From Ptychomitrium polyphyllum (Eukaryota): DNA of 64,000 nt. The stretch spans positions 2,790,001 through 2,854,000 of the forward strand of contig OZ316776.1 in NCBI GenBank assembly GCA_973851085.1. The letters run 5' to 3'. Positions 1 through 13,217 of this stretch are shown in pieces. The notes beneath the pieces are model-generated. The model saw nothing but the letters and a program-made list of their open reading frames with translations. It was not told the DNA's origin and ran no database searches. Position numbers and translations under genes: made by a program. Position 1 is the first letter of the stretch. Each line of letters begins with the position of its first letter.

Positions 1-68
1 GTTTAATCCTTCATCCGAGCGAGAAGTTTCGGGAGACTGTGGTAATTTGGCTGGCGCTGGTTGTGCAG

Positions 69-3000
69 AGTCAGTTGGGAGGGAAGTTGCTCGTTTTTCA
101 GGGCACTCTGCCGTCTCTCGGTTTTGGGAGGCTGAAGCTGCGGGGCGATGACCCTCGCATGTATGGAACCGAGAAAGAGCACCAGCTTCGTGGCACAGAG
201 GAGCAGTTCTACAAGCATATGGCTGCTGATTTTTCCAAGTTTCAGATCGGTGTGAACATCTATGCGTTTAGTGAGCGTTACACGGATTTGGCCTCTTTAG
301 GTGAGCCGGTGCAACGCCCGGTTGAAGAGGGGTTCCTGTGCATCGTTCCTACCGGTCTTCTAGTTGTTAGTTCTCAAGAGTAGTCGAGTTGGGGACTGAG
401 GTGGGGAGGAGTGAACAGTGAGATGGTTCTATGTCCGTGCTTGTTCAAACCCGTGCCATGAAGCAGTCTGGATGTGGACCGTAGGCAGCTCCATTTGTGG
501 TATAGGGTCGGAAGGAGTTGCTGTAGTGCGTGAGATGCAGGAGGCATGCGTCGAGGTTTCTGACGAGTTTGTGTGGTGGCAGGTGTGTTAGCAAAGTATA
601 CGGGAGGCCAGGTATGTTACTATCCTGCGTTCCGGGCTCCGTTGCATGGGGAGAAGTTCAGCTATGACCTGGCCCGAGATCTTTCACGAGAAACGGCGTG
701 GGAGGCTGTGATGAGGATACGGTGTGGGAAAGGTAGGTGGTGCTCGGAGAGACGTGCTAAGTACATCACAACCTCAACGGCTTTGGGGTCGTGGATAGAT
801 TGAACAGATTTGCAGTTGCCACCCAGTTTGTATTGAATGACAGGTGTATGTGTTGAACCCGCCGTAGTCATAGTAGGGCCGGCACCTGTGTTAGCTTACT
901 GATCATCTGGCTATGTCGGGCCCTTGAGAATGTTGGAAGTAGGATATTTTATGTGCACAGGGGTCGTTACCGTTTTTGTTTTGGCAAGGGAAGTTGTTGG
1001 GATGGCTTGGAGGAACACAGAATGGCCTATCTGTGACCGTCATGTCTGGATGCGTTTACTTGCTGGGTTTACGCCCTGTTACCTTCATCAGCAACTGACA
1101 ACCTCGTTTGTGGTGGTGAATAGGCATACGGTTTTCTTCGTTTCACGGGCACTTCATGCTTCGAAGTTCGGACCTTATGGCCCTTCCTGCTGTGGATTGC
1201 GACAAGGCATTTGCAATGCAGGTGACACTGGAAGAGACTTTGCTGTCCACGCAGACCGTCTACTTCCAAGTTGCCCTGGTGTATCCACCTGCTGTTCATT
1301 TGTGGCGGTTTTGTGGCTGATGCTTGGACATTGTATTCTTGTCATGTGTTTCCCATGGACGAGCTGTAGAGTTTAGGCTGCGGTGTCGTTCCCTCTCAAG
1401 TTTCGTACTGGGGCACCTGTTTCTTGCATATCATGGGGGTGCTTTCCAACACACACAGACGTTCATCAGTAAAGGCATGGCAGCATGTCGATGGATTCTG
1501 CTCTGGTCATGCTCGTAGAGCGGATGGATAGCTGGTAAGGGTCAATGTGTTATGTGACGGAGTAGCTGTCGATTTGTGTAATCCTGGTTCCGTGTTGGCC
1601 TTGACTAAGAACGCGGCAGCTATACATCGTCAACGGGGGAGCGTCGGATCAGAGTGCATACGATGGCAACTCCAGTGGTGAACGAGCTTTCAGAATTGTA
1701 CAGGGCAGCCGATGTAGGAGCTATTGCTAGTCTGATGAGCAAGCTGGGTGAGTTTGTGTGCTTCTGTCGAAGTCACGGTTCACGATCGTGCTTGGTTGTG
1801 AGGTGCGGTGCCAAGGTGATAGGGGTATTGCAATGTGATGTTGTGCAGGTTCTGAGTGCCTCGTGACCCGAAGTCTTGAATTGGGTGTCAGTATTTTCTG
1901 TTATTGCCGGTGTTTGTGGTTCTGTGGTTGTTGCGTATGGCGTGGTGGCGCTGGAGATACCGTGTTGAAGGGATTTCGAGATCTCGTTGGATTGTTCCAT
2001 TTAGGTGTGATGAGTGTGCCATGCAACCGAAGTTGTGTCAACGACAGAGAAAGGCCTAGGAAGGTTGTGCCGTTTTGGGCAAACATGGTTTAGGCAGAAT
2101 GCATGGTGGTGGTTTGGTTTGGTTTCACTGGTCGTTCTGTTTATCTTGGGGGTTGTTGAATGTGGCCTTCTGGTGGGTACAGCTGTTGAGAAGACGCTGC
2201 AATCAAAACTGGAGGATTGTCGTCAAGCCACTCAACAGCGGCTGGTCCGAAGCTTGCGCGAGTACCGTAACTTGTTTTCGGTTCAGAATCGGACAAGCAA
2301 TAGGTTGATATACCCAGAGAGTTTGAAGCTTCTGCCGCTTTACACTCTCGGCATAATCAAGAACCTGGCGCTCCGGGGCGGGTTTGGGGATTGCAGCCCG
2401 GATGAGAGATCAGCAATGGGGTTTGAGTTGATGACGATGTCCATACCAAGGCTGCTGAAGTTGCTGTACCCATCACTTTTGCGTCTGGACGAGTACCTGA
2501 TGCAGGTGATCTTCCTCATGTTTTTCTTTCATAAGTCATTGGTCATTCGAGTCGCTTTGCAGCTATGATGGTTTTTGGTTGTTCATGACGTGCTGGGAAG
2601 AAATGTGACGACTGGACGTAGACGAGTTGGCTTGTGCGGATTGAGGGGTTTGGGGTGGGTGCATTTGTCCGATGGTAGTATCTGAGTGGCATGTTCGGTG
2701 TGAGGTGATGTGCAGGGCCAGAAATCTGATGGCGTGGCAGGACTGCCGAGTCCCCTGGCGCTTTCATCCGAGAAGCTGGACCCGAGGGGAGCGTATCTGC
2801 TGAACGATGGGTTGCGATTCGTTTTGTGGTTGGGGAGGGTTCTTCCGGCAGAATTTGTGAAAGATTTGCTGGGGCCTGAGGCTGCACATAATGCCGATAT
2901 CACCAAGGTTGGTCCTCGGGCCTGCATAGTGTATTTAGTGTAGCTAGTGCTGAGGCTGAGGGCACGGATGTTCTTTGCTTCGGCATGTGAAGTGAGCAGG

Positions 3001-3435
3001 TGGAATCGGGATTGTTTGCGAGGTTTTGCTCTCAGATGGTGGTTTGGTCGTGTGTTTGAAGTGGTGACCTTCTTTCTTGGAGTAGTCAGTAAGCGCCCTT
3101 CGGGACCATGAGGATTATGAGCTTCATTTCTTAGTTTGCGCGAGCAGCAGGAAAGTTGGTTGGTTTTGTGACAGTTTTTGTTGGTGGATATGACGCAGAT
3201 TGCTTTGGTGGAACAGGAGAGTGCAATCTCAAAGCGGCTGTTGTCTGCTCTGAACGCACTACGTCAAAGTTGTCCATCTGCATATCAACTCTGCACTGCA
3301 GTGAGGCAAGGGGAGCAACCGAGGGAAGGAATGCTGGTGCTTTCTAATCTGGTGGAGGATCGAACTACGGCTGCGAGCGGCTATGCGGATTTTGTGGTGC
3401 AGATATATCGCCAGGTTTCTCAGAAGACCTCGTAA
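69..3435 (+). CDS. SEC24: Protein transport protein SEC24A-like (COPII cargo adaptor), 3' part; the 5' end lies upstream of the window
   Basis: Exons 69-300, 583-732, 1124-1280, 1620-1747, 2183-2505, 2716-2907 and 3199-3435 splice in frame (1419 nt). Translation includes QLGGKLLVFQGTLPSLGFGRLKLRGDD...FYKHMAADFSKFQIGVNIYAFSERYTDLASLGVLAKYTGGQV...RETAWEAVMRIRCGKGIRFSSFHGHFMLRSSDLMALPAVDCDK...GERRIRVHT...YPESLKLLPLY...VRQGEQPREG...LVEDR. These are the trunk, beta-barrel, helical and gelsolin segments of plant SEC24A. Confidence 0.96.
1281..1619 (+). other. Putative U12-type (minor spliceosome) GT-AG intron in SEC24
   Basis: The reading frame requires the donor GT|GTATCCAC at 1281. A U12-type branch motif CCTTGAC lies at 1599-1605, close to the AG at 1618-1619, and there is no pyrimidine tract. 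Confidence 0.7.
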
Positions 3436-5356
3436 CAGGAGGTTGTAGATCAGATTTGTTACCATAGCCGAGGACTGGCTGGGGTACCGGCGTCCCAGTT
3501 TCGCAACAGCTTGGTGCGTTTTGTTTCTGGAATGGACTTCAAGAAATTAGTATATGTAATGAATTGTCCGAGCGGGTATGGTTAGTTGACATGTCACTGG
3601 ATGTGCTTCTAAGTGCGCTGAGCATCTTTGAGTTGCTTTTCCTGGTCCCCTTGCTAGTAGGTAGTATTCTATAGTTATCTCTGGATTCTGGGGTATTGGT
3701 CGGTGCAATTTGCATCCCTGAGAGCTGATTTATAGTGTTGACTTCAGCACTATTAAGCTGTAGATGTATGTGTATAAGTCCGTAGAGGTTAGGATGATTG
3801 AACCAGCGGAGCGAGCTGTTGGTGGCCACAGGTTGGAAGTCGAGTCCTTCCGTACGTATTGTGGCTATAACTGAGGTGCCTTTTGTAGCGGCAAAGGTGT
3901 TAATAAATGATCGATTCTAGGACACTTGAGCCTAGAGTTAACAGTGAAGGATGGTGTGTTTTTAAGGATAAACTTTTTCACATGCAATCCATTAATGATT
4001 TTGTCACATTGTCATGAATGATGTGTACTCTAGTCGCAGTTAATGATGTTCGTGATGTTAAATGTGGAATTTTTACACAAAATTTATGTTGTTTGTACCT
4101 TTCATTGCCGATTATCAGAATGAACTGTAGCTGCTGTTGACCGCAACAGGTGTATGTAAGATTGCTAAAATGCGAAGCTGTGCAAGTTTACTTAAATCTG
4201 CTGTCCCGAAGCTGCTACTGTTCTTGGACTTGTACTACACAAGCTCATGTCACTACCTTGAACCTTGCTACACTAATCGTTCACTACACAAGATCTGATA
4301 AAATCAGGTACCAAACTGAACTGGTTCCTATTTCACCGTTTCACCAAGCTTATATCCTGAGTGCCCTCAAATTGGACAACTTGACTTCACACAGGTTCAA
4401 ACCCTGAAGCTGGAAAGCGTGTCGTTTTGACTTCAGCTCTCACGAAGGAATTTTGAGTTCTGCAGTTCTAGCAGCATCCTGCACATCTGCGTAACTGAAA
4501 AATAATTTCAACACAACATCAACGTGGGAAAGAAATCACTAAACATAAGAACCATAACCCACCTTAGCTTGAAGAAGAGCTTAATATCTTCATAGTCAAT
4601 TAAAACCTTCCCCACCTCTTCCATCTATTGGGCAAGAAGAGGGTAATTCGTTAGGAGTTAAAGAACTTCGTTAACATTGGCATACAAGGCAACAAGATCA
4701 TTGAATTTCGCACTCAGGTCACCCACAAGGTTGCCAAAGGGAGGTCGGTTGGAAGTTACTGTGCACAAGAGAGGAACCTACGGTTGTCTTTTGCAAGGAG
4801 CTATTCAAACCTCTCCGCCTTTGAAGGATTCTTCGGTTGGGCACCTAGCACCACCAAAAACAAAAGGACTCGACACCGAAACCATATCCAAATAAGAATA
4901 AGTGCCACACAACTAAGACCCATTCTCACACCCCCTCCAAAAACTGTATCAAAGAGGAAATCCACTTGCCAAACAGCAATTTAGTGCATCTTCATCCGCA
5001 ACTCAAAATCCAATTTTATCCACGGTAAAGAAAGTCTCTAAACAGTAAAACGCTATGGACCATCACACAAGCCAAGAATTCAACGTCAGTATCACATTAC
5101 CACCTCTGCCAAAACGGAATCTGTACAAACCAAAACCAATATTTGACCAATAAGATGGTCTCATGGCAGCACTCATAGCACTCGTAGAATCTGTTAAATT
5201 CTTGAGGGTACTAATTCTGTCAAAGCTCTCAATTGCGAGAACTACAGTAGAAATAGCGGTTAGAACCGCTAAAAATGAGCTCAACTAATAATACTACGAA
5301 TAATGTCACAAACATTGTGAATAGCCACTCAAAACTATACAATCCCAAATGCTAGT

Positions 5357-8300
5357 TTACAAATTTGCCACCCTTGCAAGCACTTCAACCTCCGTTTCAA
5401 CCTCCTCTTCTGAAGTTCTCTGCAAGTCACTTTGCTGCAATCACAAACACGCAAACCAAGGGAAGACATCATTACTTGAAACCCTAAACCTACGGAGTTT
5501 CAGTTCATAGTGTAAATAAAGATATCTAGTTCTTTAGGCTTTAGTAGTTTCAGATTATACTATCCTGCTAGTTGCGACGTTCTGAAAATTTCTAAGCATG
5601 AACTACAGTGGCCATCAAGGAATATGTTTTAGATCCAAGCTTGCAACACCTAACATGTGAGGTGTTGATTCTTGAGGCTTACTATCACGGAGGCACGCCG
5701 GCCTTAAAAGCCTGCAACGCTCCTTACCTTGCTTGGTCTTTCTAGATTTCCTAAAAATAAATCTAACGCACCCTCGCCACGCAAAATCTTTGCACCATCT
5801 CCGTTTCCATCAGCTGTGCCCACAGCATCCTCATCCAGTACTACAGCATCTATCTGTTCGTCTCCATTCAAGGCAATATCTGGTACCTGGACAAACCCCC
5901 ATAAAAATAAACAATAATTAGCTCTATTGCTGGATATAAATATAGAAATACAAATTTTCATCCTTGTATTAATCTCACAAAATCCTTATTTAATGCATAG
6001 ATGGATAAATCCATGAAATGCAGTAATTTATTCATGCTTGCTGCTATGTATCCCTTGAGGAAGACGAACCTGATACATAGCATCAGTAAGTACAGTTTCC
6101 ATAATGGATCGAAGCCCACGTGCACCAGTGTTTTTAACCATAGCCTTCTGTGCGATCCTTCGCAAAGCTCCTTCAATGTAATGCAATTTAACCTGGTAGA
6201 ACCAGGCAGAGATTCATATATGTTTAGCTTTAGTATATTCTATTTCAGACACCTGTTGAAAGTGAGCCAACTAGGTTTAGTTCCCTTCTTGCAAGATAAC
6301 CAAGAGATGCAACAAACTACAAGCATTGGCACCCCTTGACACCTAATGGATACAAATCAACTACTTCAACGTTTCTTGGTCTTGTTACAGCTCCTGATTG
6401 TCTCGAAGTAATAATCACAATACTGCTAGTCAGATTTAATTTTCATAATACTAATGACTTCTCATGCACACAGTACTTACATTATTCATGGAAAACATCT
6501 TCTTATACTGTTTACCAAGAGCATTCCGGGGTTCTGTAAGCACCTGTGACAGAGCAACAATTGTGAACATAGATAATTCACTATTCTATTCATTAAAGAA
6601 TATTTCTTTGTAATGATATATCCAGCATTCAAATCATCAAAACATATTCTGCGAAACTGGTACCAGGGACTGTCCAGATAGTATAATGCCTAATAGACTC
6701 AAAAGGAACCGCACATGCTGTCTGTCCTTAGAAAATTTGTAGACAGACATACATTACCTGAACAAGTTGGTCTTCATTAAGTGCAGAAAGACTAACAAGA
6801 ACAGGAAACCGTCCAATAAACTCAGGAATCAACCCATAGGAAATCAAATCGCTGCTCTCCACCTACACAAGATAGCCATAAGTGATAATCCACTATTTAA
6901 GTAAAATGAAACTCCATAATAGGTCGACGTTCGACTTTCTACCGAAAAGATACCGCAAATCTGACCTACATACCCTCGAGCCCTCGTACATATCCTGAAA
7001 ATGAGGGAGAAGCTGAAATTGAAGAATACTGAAAAGAATGCTGTGTAAGAATGCAATGCTTACACTCCAGATTTAAACACTCATTCAAAGAAAATACAAA
7101 AATTTCAATCAGTTTTAAGGAATAGTGTTCTTAAAAATGTCCTGTACCGTCTCAAGCAAAGAAGAAGTAATAGCGGCATCAATCAGCTTGTTTCCCCTCA
7201 TATTGGCACGAACAGGTGCTCCAAAGCCGATTGACGAGTCTTGCTTTCTGAAGAAATCATTAAATTTGAAGAACTTATGATGGAAAAAATCACTCCTGAC
7301 GTCTGGCTAACAAAATGAAATGTCAAGTTATAATATCATGATGCTACTCACGAAATAACAGATGTTTTACCATGGTACAGACTTGAAAACTAGGCTCATG
7401 AAATGAACACAAACTGATAAAAAGGTGCTCTTCATTAACTGTAACATTGATAAGGAAAAATAGGTTTTACCTTTCCGCAATAGTCTTCTCCAGATCGACA
7501 AAGGCACCTCCACAAATAAAAAGAATATCCTTAGTATCAACCTGCAAAACCCATACTGCTCAAAGAAATGTCTAGCCAAAGTAGACGTTTCATAATAAGG
7601 GCAGAAAAGCCATACCATGGAGCTCACACATGCTTATAACGAAGCAAAACCTTACTAGGAGGTGACAAAAATAAGGCACTAGAACCCTTATACGATCTAA
7701 GAACAGAGTTGTCATATGAGATGATAAAGCCGAGTTCTGAGAATTAAAAAACTCAAGACACCGCACCTGGATATGGTCCCCTCTTGGATGTTTTCGTGCC
7801 CCTTTCTCTGGAACATTCACAATCTGTATCATAGCATACTGAATCAGGACAAAACTTTCACCTTCCATTATAATTCTTCAACAGAAACTATTTAATTCCA
7901 CAGCATGATGCATCCAATCGCAGGCATCTATCTGCAATTACAAGAAACTTGAATACTAGACATGTATGTTTGCAATTATCTTGACTTGGTCCAAATCTGG
8001 GGCGGGAGTCCCGTTTGTTTTACTCTGAGGGTTTTGGCACAGCAGTTAGCTAGAAATAGAGCTAAAATCGGCCAATCTTTGAGAAAACAAGAGGAACTCA
8101 CAGTGCCTTCCAACATCTTCAATAATGCTTGCTGGACGCCTTCACCAGACACATCCCGGCTAATGTTCACACTCTCTGCCTGCACCATCCACCAATTGTC
8201 AATACTGCATAGCACAGCTGCATTCGAAGCCAGAGACATATTTGGATTCGTCCGAAGCGGCAGAAAATGGCCACAAATAAATGTGTCAATAATTTCGTTA

Positions 8301-10957
8301 TTAACCAAGAACTGATGTGCAGTTCATGCTAAAGCAAACAAAGCATACCTTCTTTGTCATCTTGTCCACTTCGTCAATGTAAACGATACCCTGCTGAGCA
8401 GCAGATACATTGAACTCTGCTGCCTGTGGTGACACATCCAGGCAAGCGACAAAATAAATAAGCCTCATGAATATTAAATGCGCGCAAAGGATGACCTAGT
8501 TTCACAATAAGCTGGCTGATACTGGAACCTTTTAGCTCAAATATAACAGAAGGCATGCAGCCAGTTGTGGACAAGGAACAAAAATATAGTTAACGCACCA
8601 CCAAGAGTTTGTAAAGAATAGATTCAACGTCCTCTCCTACATATCCTGCCTGCACATGGCCAAAGGTTTCCATGAGTACTAGAAAGATCACATTAACCAA
8701 AGTTAGAAGATCTATTAACTCTGAAATCTATATTAGCAGTTGACTATGTATTGTTCACCTGAACCAACAAAAGATAGCAGAACTTCAAACCTATCTTCTA
8801 CCTCGGAGCCTGAAAGAAGCTAGAAAAATCAAATTTCCTTTTGAGCTGTTCCTTCAGCGAAACCTTAAAATCGGGTGTTCAGATAAGATCACCTGGGTGA
8901 GGGTTGTAGCATCAGCAATTACGAAAGGTACATTTACGAATCTGGCCAAGGTTTTGGCAAGCAGAGTTTTCCCTGTCAGAGATAGTTCAAAGGTTAAGAT
9001 TCCTCGGGTTGTGCTATCTGCGTACGTACTAGCAATCATCAATTGGTCTTAGTAACAATATAATCTAATTTTCAACTTGGACTTGGAAGGCAACAGAAAC
9101 TTGTATCAGTTCTGACAAAAGAATCAAAACAGTAAGCAACATGATTTACACGCACCAGATCCAGTGGGACCCATGAGAAGAACATTGCTTTTTTCCAATT
9201 CTACAACGTCATTCTCTTCATCGACAGATTCACATACGCTGAGCCTGCAATTGCACGTCGTGACTTTAAACAATCGGCAATCTACATAAATATGTCTTTC
9301 ATCTCAGTAACAGTTGCAATCAGCACTATCTCCAACAGAGAGCAAGTTGTTCTGAATGTCAATCGCAACATGCTAGGAATGCGTAGTACGAAAGTATATG
9401 AAGTAACTGTATAAATCTAATAATACAATCTCTTTAATATGATCGAAAACGGGAACTCAAGTAGAATGGAAATCCCACTGAAGCGAAGTGTATAAGAGGA
9501 TGCGGTTAATGCAGGACAATACCCCTCGTTGATAGGCTTCACGTTGCCTTTCTGCACGGATTCAAAGTAGATGCGTTTGTAATGGTTATAAACCGCCACA
9601 GACAATATCTGTAGGAAACAGAATGTTAACTATTCTGTGAACGAATTTGATAGCTTTTAACATTCTGCTGCGAGCCTCTAAAAGCTGATAAACGTAAGCT
9701 TCCACAACTTAGCAAATTAAATTCTAAGCACCAAAGATTCTTTCAGGACACAGCAATTCGGTACCGTCGTATCAACTAAAATTCTTGAATGTATAGATCA
9801 GTGGTAAATCAACTTGTTTCTTAACCTTTAGATTCGAATAGCTCCTCTCATTTAATGACAATGTATGCACTCTCACTTACACTCCATGATAATGACAAAA
9901 ATTGTTATGTAAAATGGAATGCAAATGGGAAATTATATTGCCACAGCACATTCAATAAGTTTAACCTGATAGTTGCAAAAACCAAGCAACATTCTGCATC
10001 ACCAACAATTTCTAAACTGGCTTTTGTCGGAAACGAACATCGATAATTCTAGATACTCAAGGAAGATGCGGAGGTGAAACGTGTGCGTGCCTTTTTAGCG
10101 CGCTCCTGTCCCACAACAAACTTGTCCAAAGCTTGACAAATCTCTCGCGGAGTGGAAAGGTCCTTTCCCAGAGAAGAGCCGCCCCAGGCATCTCTGAAAC
10201 CAAATGGACCGCTCGACCCCCCTGAGCCCCTAGTTCCAGGGTGCGCCTGGTCAAGATTTGTGCTAGAAGGATACAGAGAACCACCAGCAGGTGCTTGAGC
10301 AGTCACTCGAGAACGCGGAGAAGGTGAACTGGCATCTTGCTGCCAATGCTGCGGCGCATCATCACCACGCCTTTGTCCTCGAGAAGCATGCCATTCTGAG
10401 ATCCGCTGCACAGTTTCACGCAATTGCGCACTTTCTGCAACAGATAGAGGAGAGATCGAGTCTCCAGAAGCGTCTCTAGCAATCTTGTCCAATTCGCTCG
10501 CAGACGTCCTCTCTTGCTCGACAATCACAACAGAGTCCGTGCTTCCACAGTTGGAGCAAGTCAGTAGAGAGTCAGACAGAGGATAGATTGACGCCACTGA
10601 GGGAACCAACGGAGTTTTGCACCTCGCGCACACAGCATGTGCTTGCACACCCTTCGCTCCACGAATCTGTCGTCGCAACCTTCCATCATGAAACCTCGCC
10701 ACCTGAGAGAGTGTACCTCCTCCGCCTGCAATGTCGTCGATTCTAGAGCTGTAGCCAGCACTTCGCCCAGGAGCAGCGCCCGGCAATAACGTGCTGTAAG
10801 AACGATCGCAGTGTGGAATCACGGAAGTGGGCCAGCTTCCAAACGAGCACGGCGACGAAACAGACCTGCTGCAAGTGCTGACTGTCCCTACGCATTGCCG
10901 GCAATTCGCAATCCATGTGGCAACGTCGCTTAACCTCCGCAACCTCATGACAGCCAT
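5357..10957 (-). CDS. CLPX: ATP-dependent Clp protease ATP-binding subunit ClpX, mitochondrial-type (about 693 aa)
   Basis: 15 exons: 10957-10091, 9608-9523, 9244-9156, 8972-8893, 8649-8599, 8423-8349, 8179-8102, 7823-7767, 7541-7471, 7247-7148, 6862-6758, 6543-6481, 6192-6070, 5886-5728 and 5434-5357 (2082 nt, in frame). Motifs: [34 protein letters not shown], Walker [35 protein letters not shown], Walker [31 protein letters not shown] loop, [19 protein letters not shown]. The N-terminus is Arg/Ser-rich and presequence-like, with CxxC...CxxC. Confidence 0.96.
9609..10090 (-). other. Non-canonical GC-AG intron (first coding intron of CLPX)
   Basis: The conserved junction [16 protein letters not shown] requires the donor AAG|GCACGC. 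There is no phase-0 GT before the in-frame stop at 10049. Confidence 0.8.
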
Positions 10958-12738
10958 TGTTCGACGTGAAAATCAAACGTGATGAACCTCCCACCCAATG
11001 CGGTCAACAAACTACCAACCTACAACCCTAACGCAAGCTCATGAAGGGAAGAAAATGTAGCAAGACTGGAAACCGTCCATCAATCCGAGGCAGCTCCCTT
11101 CCCCTGTCTTCTGCAGCTCATTCTCAAGAAAGCAACAACCTTTGGAACCTGCAGATTGGATCCCAACGCTACAATTCACCACAAGAGAAAAACCTCTACT
11201 TCCCCTGAGAAAACCATCGGCAAGCAATCCACCACAGGTAACCTCACCCTTCTCTCCCAAGTCCACCTCCGAGAGTCGGAAGTCAGGCTCGACACCAAAA
11301 CCATCAATACTCACATCATCACTGAACTCCAAACAGAGTGTGAGTCACCCATCAACACAACTACCTGAGCGTCCTCTGACAACTTAACCGTGGAAACTCA
11401 TCTCCATACCGACTAATCCTAAGCCTCGCTGCTGAGTGAATTCACGAACGCTTCACCAAACTACGTCAGCATCTGCGCAATCAACAATAAGTTGTAGTTA
11501 GATTTGGCAAGAAAATTGCAAATTTGCAACAACTCATTGATCCAACTGAGGAACTGAGTCACTGTAGTGAGGCATCAAGGTTCAAAAAGGCGGGGACTTG
11601 AAAGCACCAAAGTCTGCTAAAGCGCTGCGAAAATGGAGAATGGAGGTGTCTGTTTTTGACAGAAAGCGCGGTCCGGATTCCTCCTCTTGGTGCAAAAGCG
11701 CCGGCTGATGCGGCCATCCATGGACGTCATGGGCGTCATCGCCATAGCCAGCCTCCAGAGCCGACTTCCACGTGACCTCACCTGCCTTTCTGCTTTGAAA
11801 ATGTACATGGTGATCTCCATGTTTGAAAGGATGCACTAGCCTAAATCAGAATGTACTCCAGTAAATGGCCTTTTCTTTATAATTGCATTCATCAAGCATT
11901 GTAATGAATTCACTGAGAAAGCACATGACTTACCAGGGTGGTTGGATCTTAGTGTTTGAAAACCAAGTTAGTGTCGAGAGGATAAATTTTAATCTTTGTG
12001 AAAGGCAAAAGGGCAAAGAGCTTGGACTCGGAAAAAGTTCAAAGAAACGTGCAGAGCCGAATCCTAAGTTGTCGTAATGCGTGTAAATTAGAAAAACTTG
12101 TTTCTGTACAGTACCTCAGAGTGCTCTAACATGGAAACGACCAAGTAGAGCTGAAGAAGCCAACTGCAACATTCCTTGCAATTCTCTGGTATTTTTACCG
12201 TATATTAAAAGCTATTATACAAAAGATTAAACTACAACAGTGACAGATTCTCTGTCGTGTTCCAGAATCGTGCCACAAGTTGCAGCTCAAAAAATCAACA
12301 ACCCTCCCATCTAATCCCATAAAACATCCTTATCACCTACAATACCTATATGATAGTCACCTAAACAACCACTGAATAATCTACCGCTGACTGCTAAGAA
12401 CCTTCTCGAGCTAAACTCTAGTTCATTGCTGAAAGATATATGAGGTCGTTCATCGAATGAAAGGGAGCACCGTACAGCGTTAAGCCTCCCTACGGCTGCA
12501 ATTGCTCTGCCCACCAAGCATCCTGAGAAATTCACCGTGAAGACCTTGATTTCATCAGATACAACCAAATAGATGATCTCTACAGGAGAAACGACAAGAG
12601 AACAAGTCAAAACTACTAACAAGGAACATAACTTCAAAATTGCGAGTGACTTTTCACACAGATGTCGAAGATTTCATAAGAAATGCGATGCAAAGTTTTC
12701 ATCACCAATTGCAATTTTCTTGCAGCAGAGTTCATATC

Positions 12739-12758
12739 GAGGATACAGACAAGGATAC
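12739..12758 (-). promoter_or_regulatory. USSE-like element (U11 snRNP-binding splicing enhancer): tandem U12-type 5' splice-site motifs in the SNRNP48 3' UTR
   Basis: The minus strand reads GTATCCTT-GTCT-GTATCCTC: two RTATCCTY motifs with starts 12 nt apart, about 460 nt downstream of the SNRNP48 stop. It lies between acceptors at 12917 and 12580. Confidence 0.75.
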
Positions 12759-13217
12759 AAATCCGGTATGCTTCCTCAGGTCGAGAGTCCCAATTGTGCA
12801 CATGTGCCAAGAGCCATTGATCGACGCAATCAAAATCCAGTCCAAACAAGCCCATTATTGACATTCTTGTATCTAACCATTTGACCTTCTGGTGAAGCTC
12901 AGATCTGTTCCAGAATCTGTCATTAAAACATAAAGTCTATTAGCCATTCATTCGAACGTCTGCTTCAGGTCATCAGCTCGCAGGTTTCTGATCGTGTGCT
13001 ATAGATCAGACTTGAAACCATAGACATGAGCTCGATTTACTATGAGATAAGCGAAAATATGTGCACCTGCTCTGGTGAAATAGGCAGTGTCTCAGCAGAT
13101 TTAGAAGATTCCGTAGACGACCCCCCAATTGTCTTGTGATCTCAGGATTCATTGTATCGAGATACTCCATCTCAAGAGCCCAGTCTGTTTGAACCCATAA
13201 TCCCAATAAGCAGTGTG

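Noticed and set aside
4450..4630. Minus-strand spliced peptide IDYEDIKLFFKLSYADVQDAAR, vaguely RWP-RK-like
   Set aside because: There is no start codon or RWPxRK motif, and it is bounded by stops.
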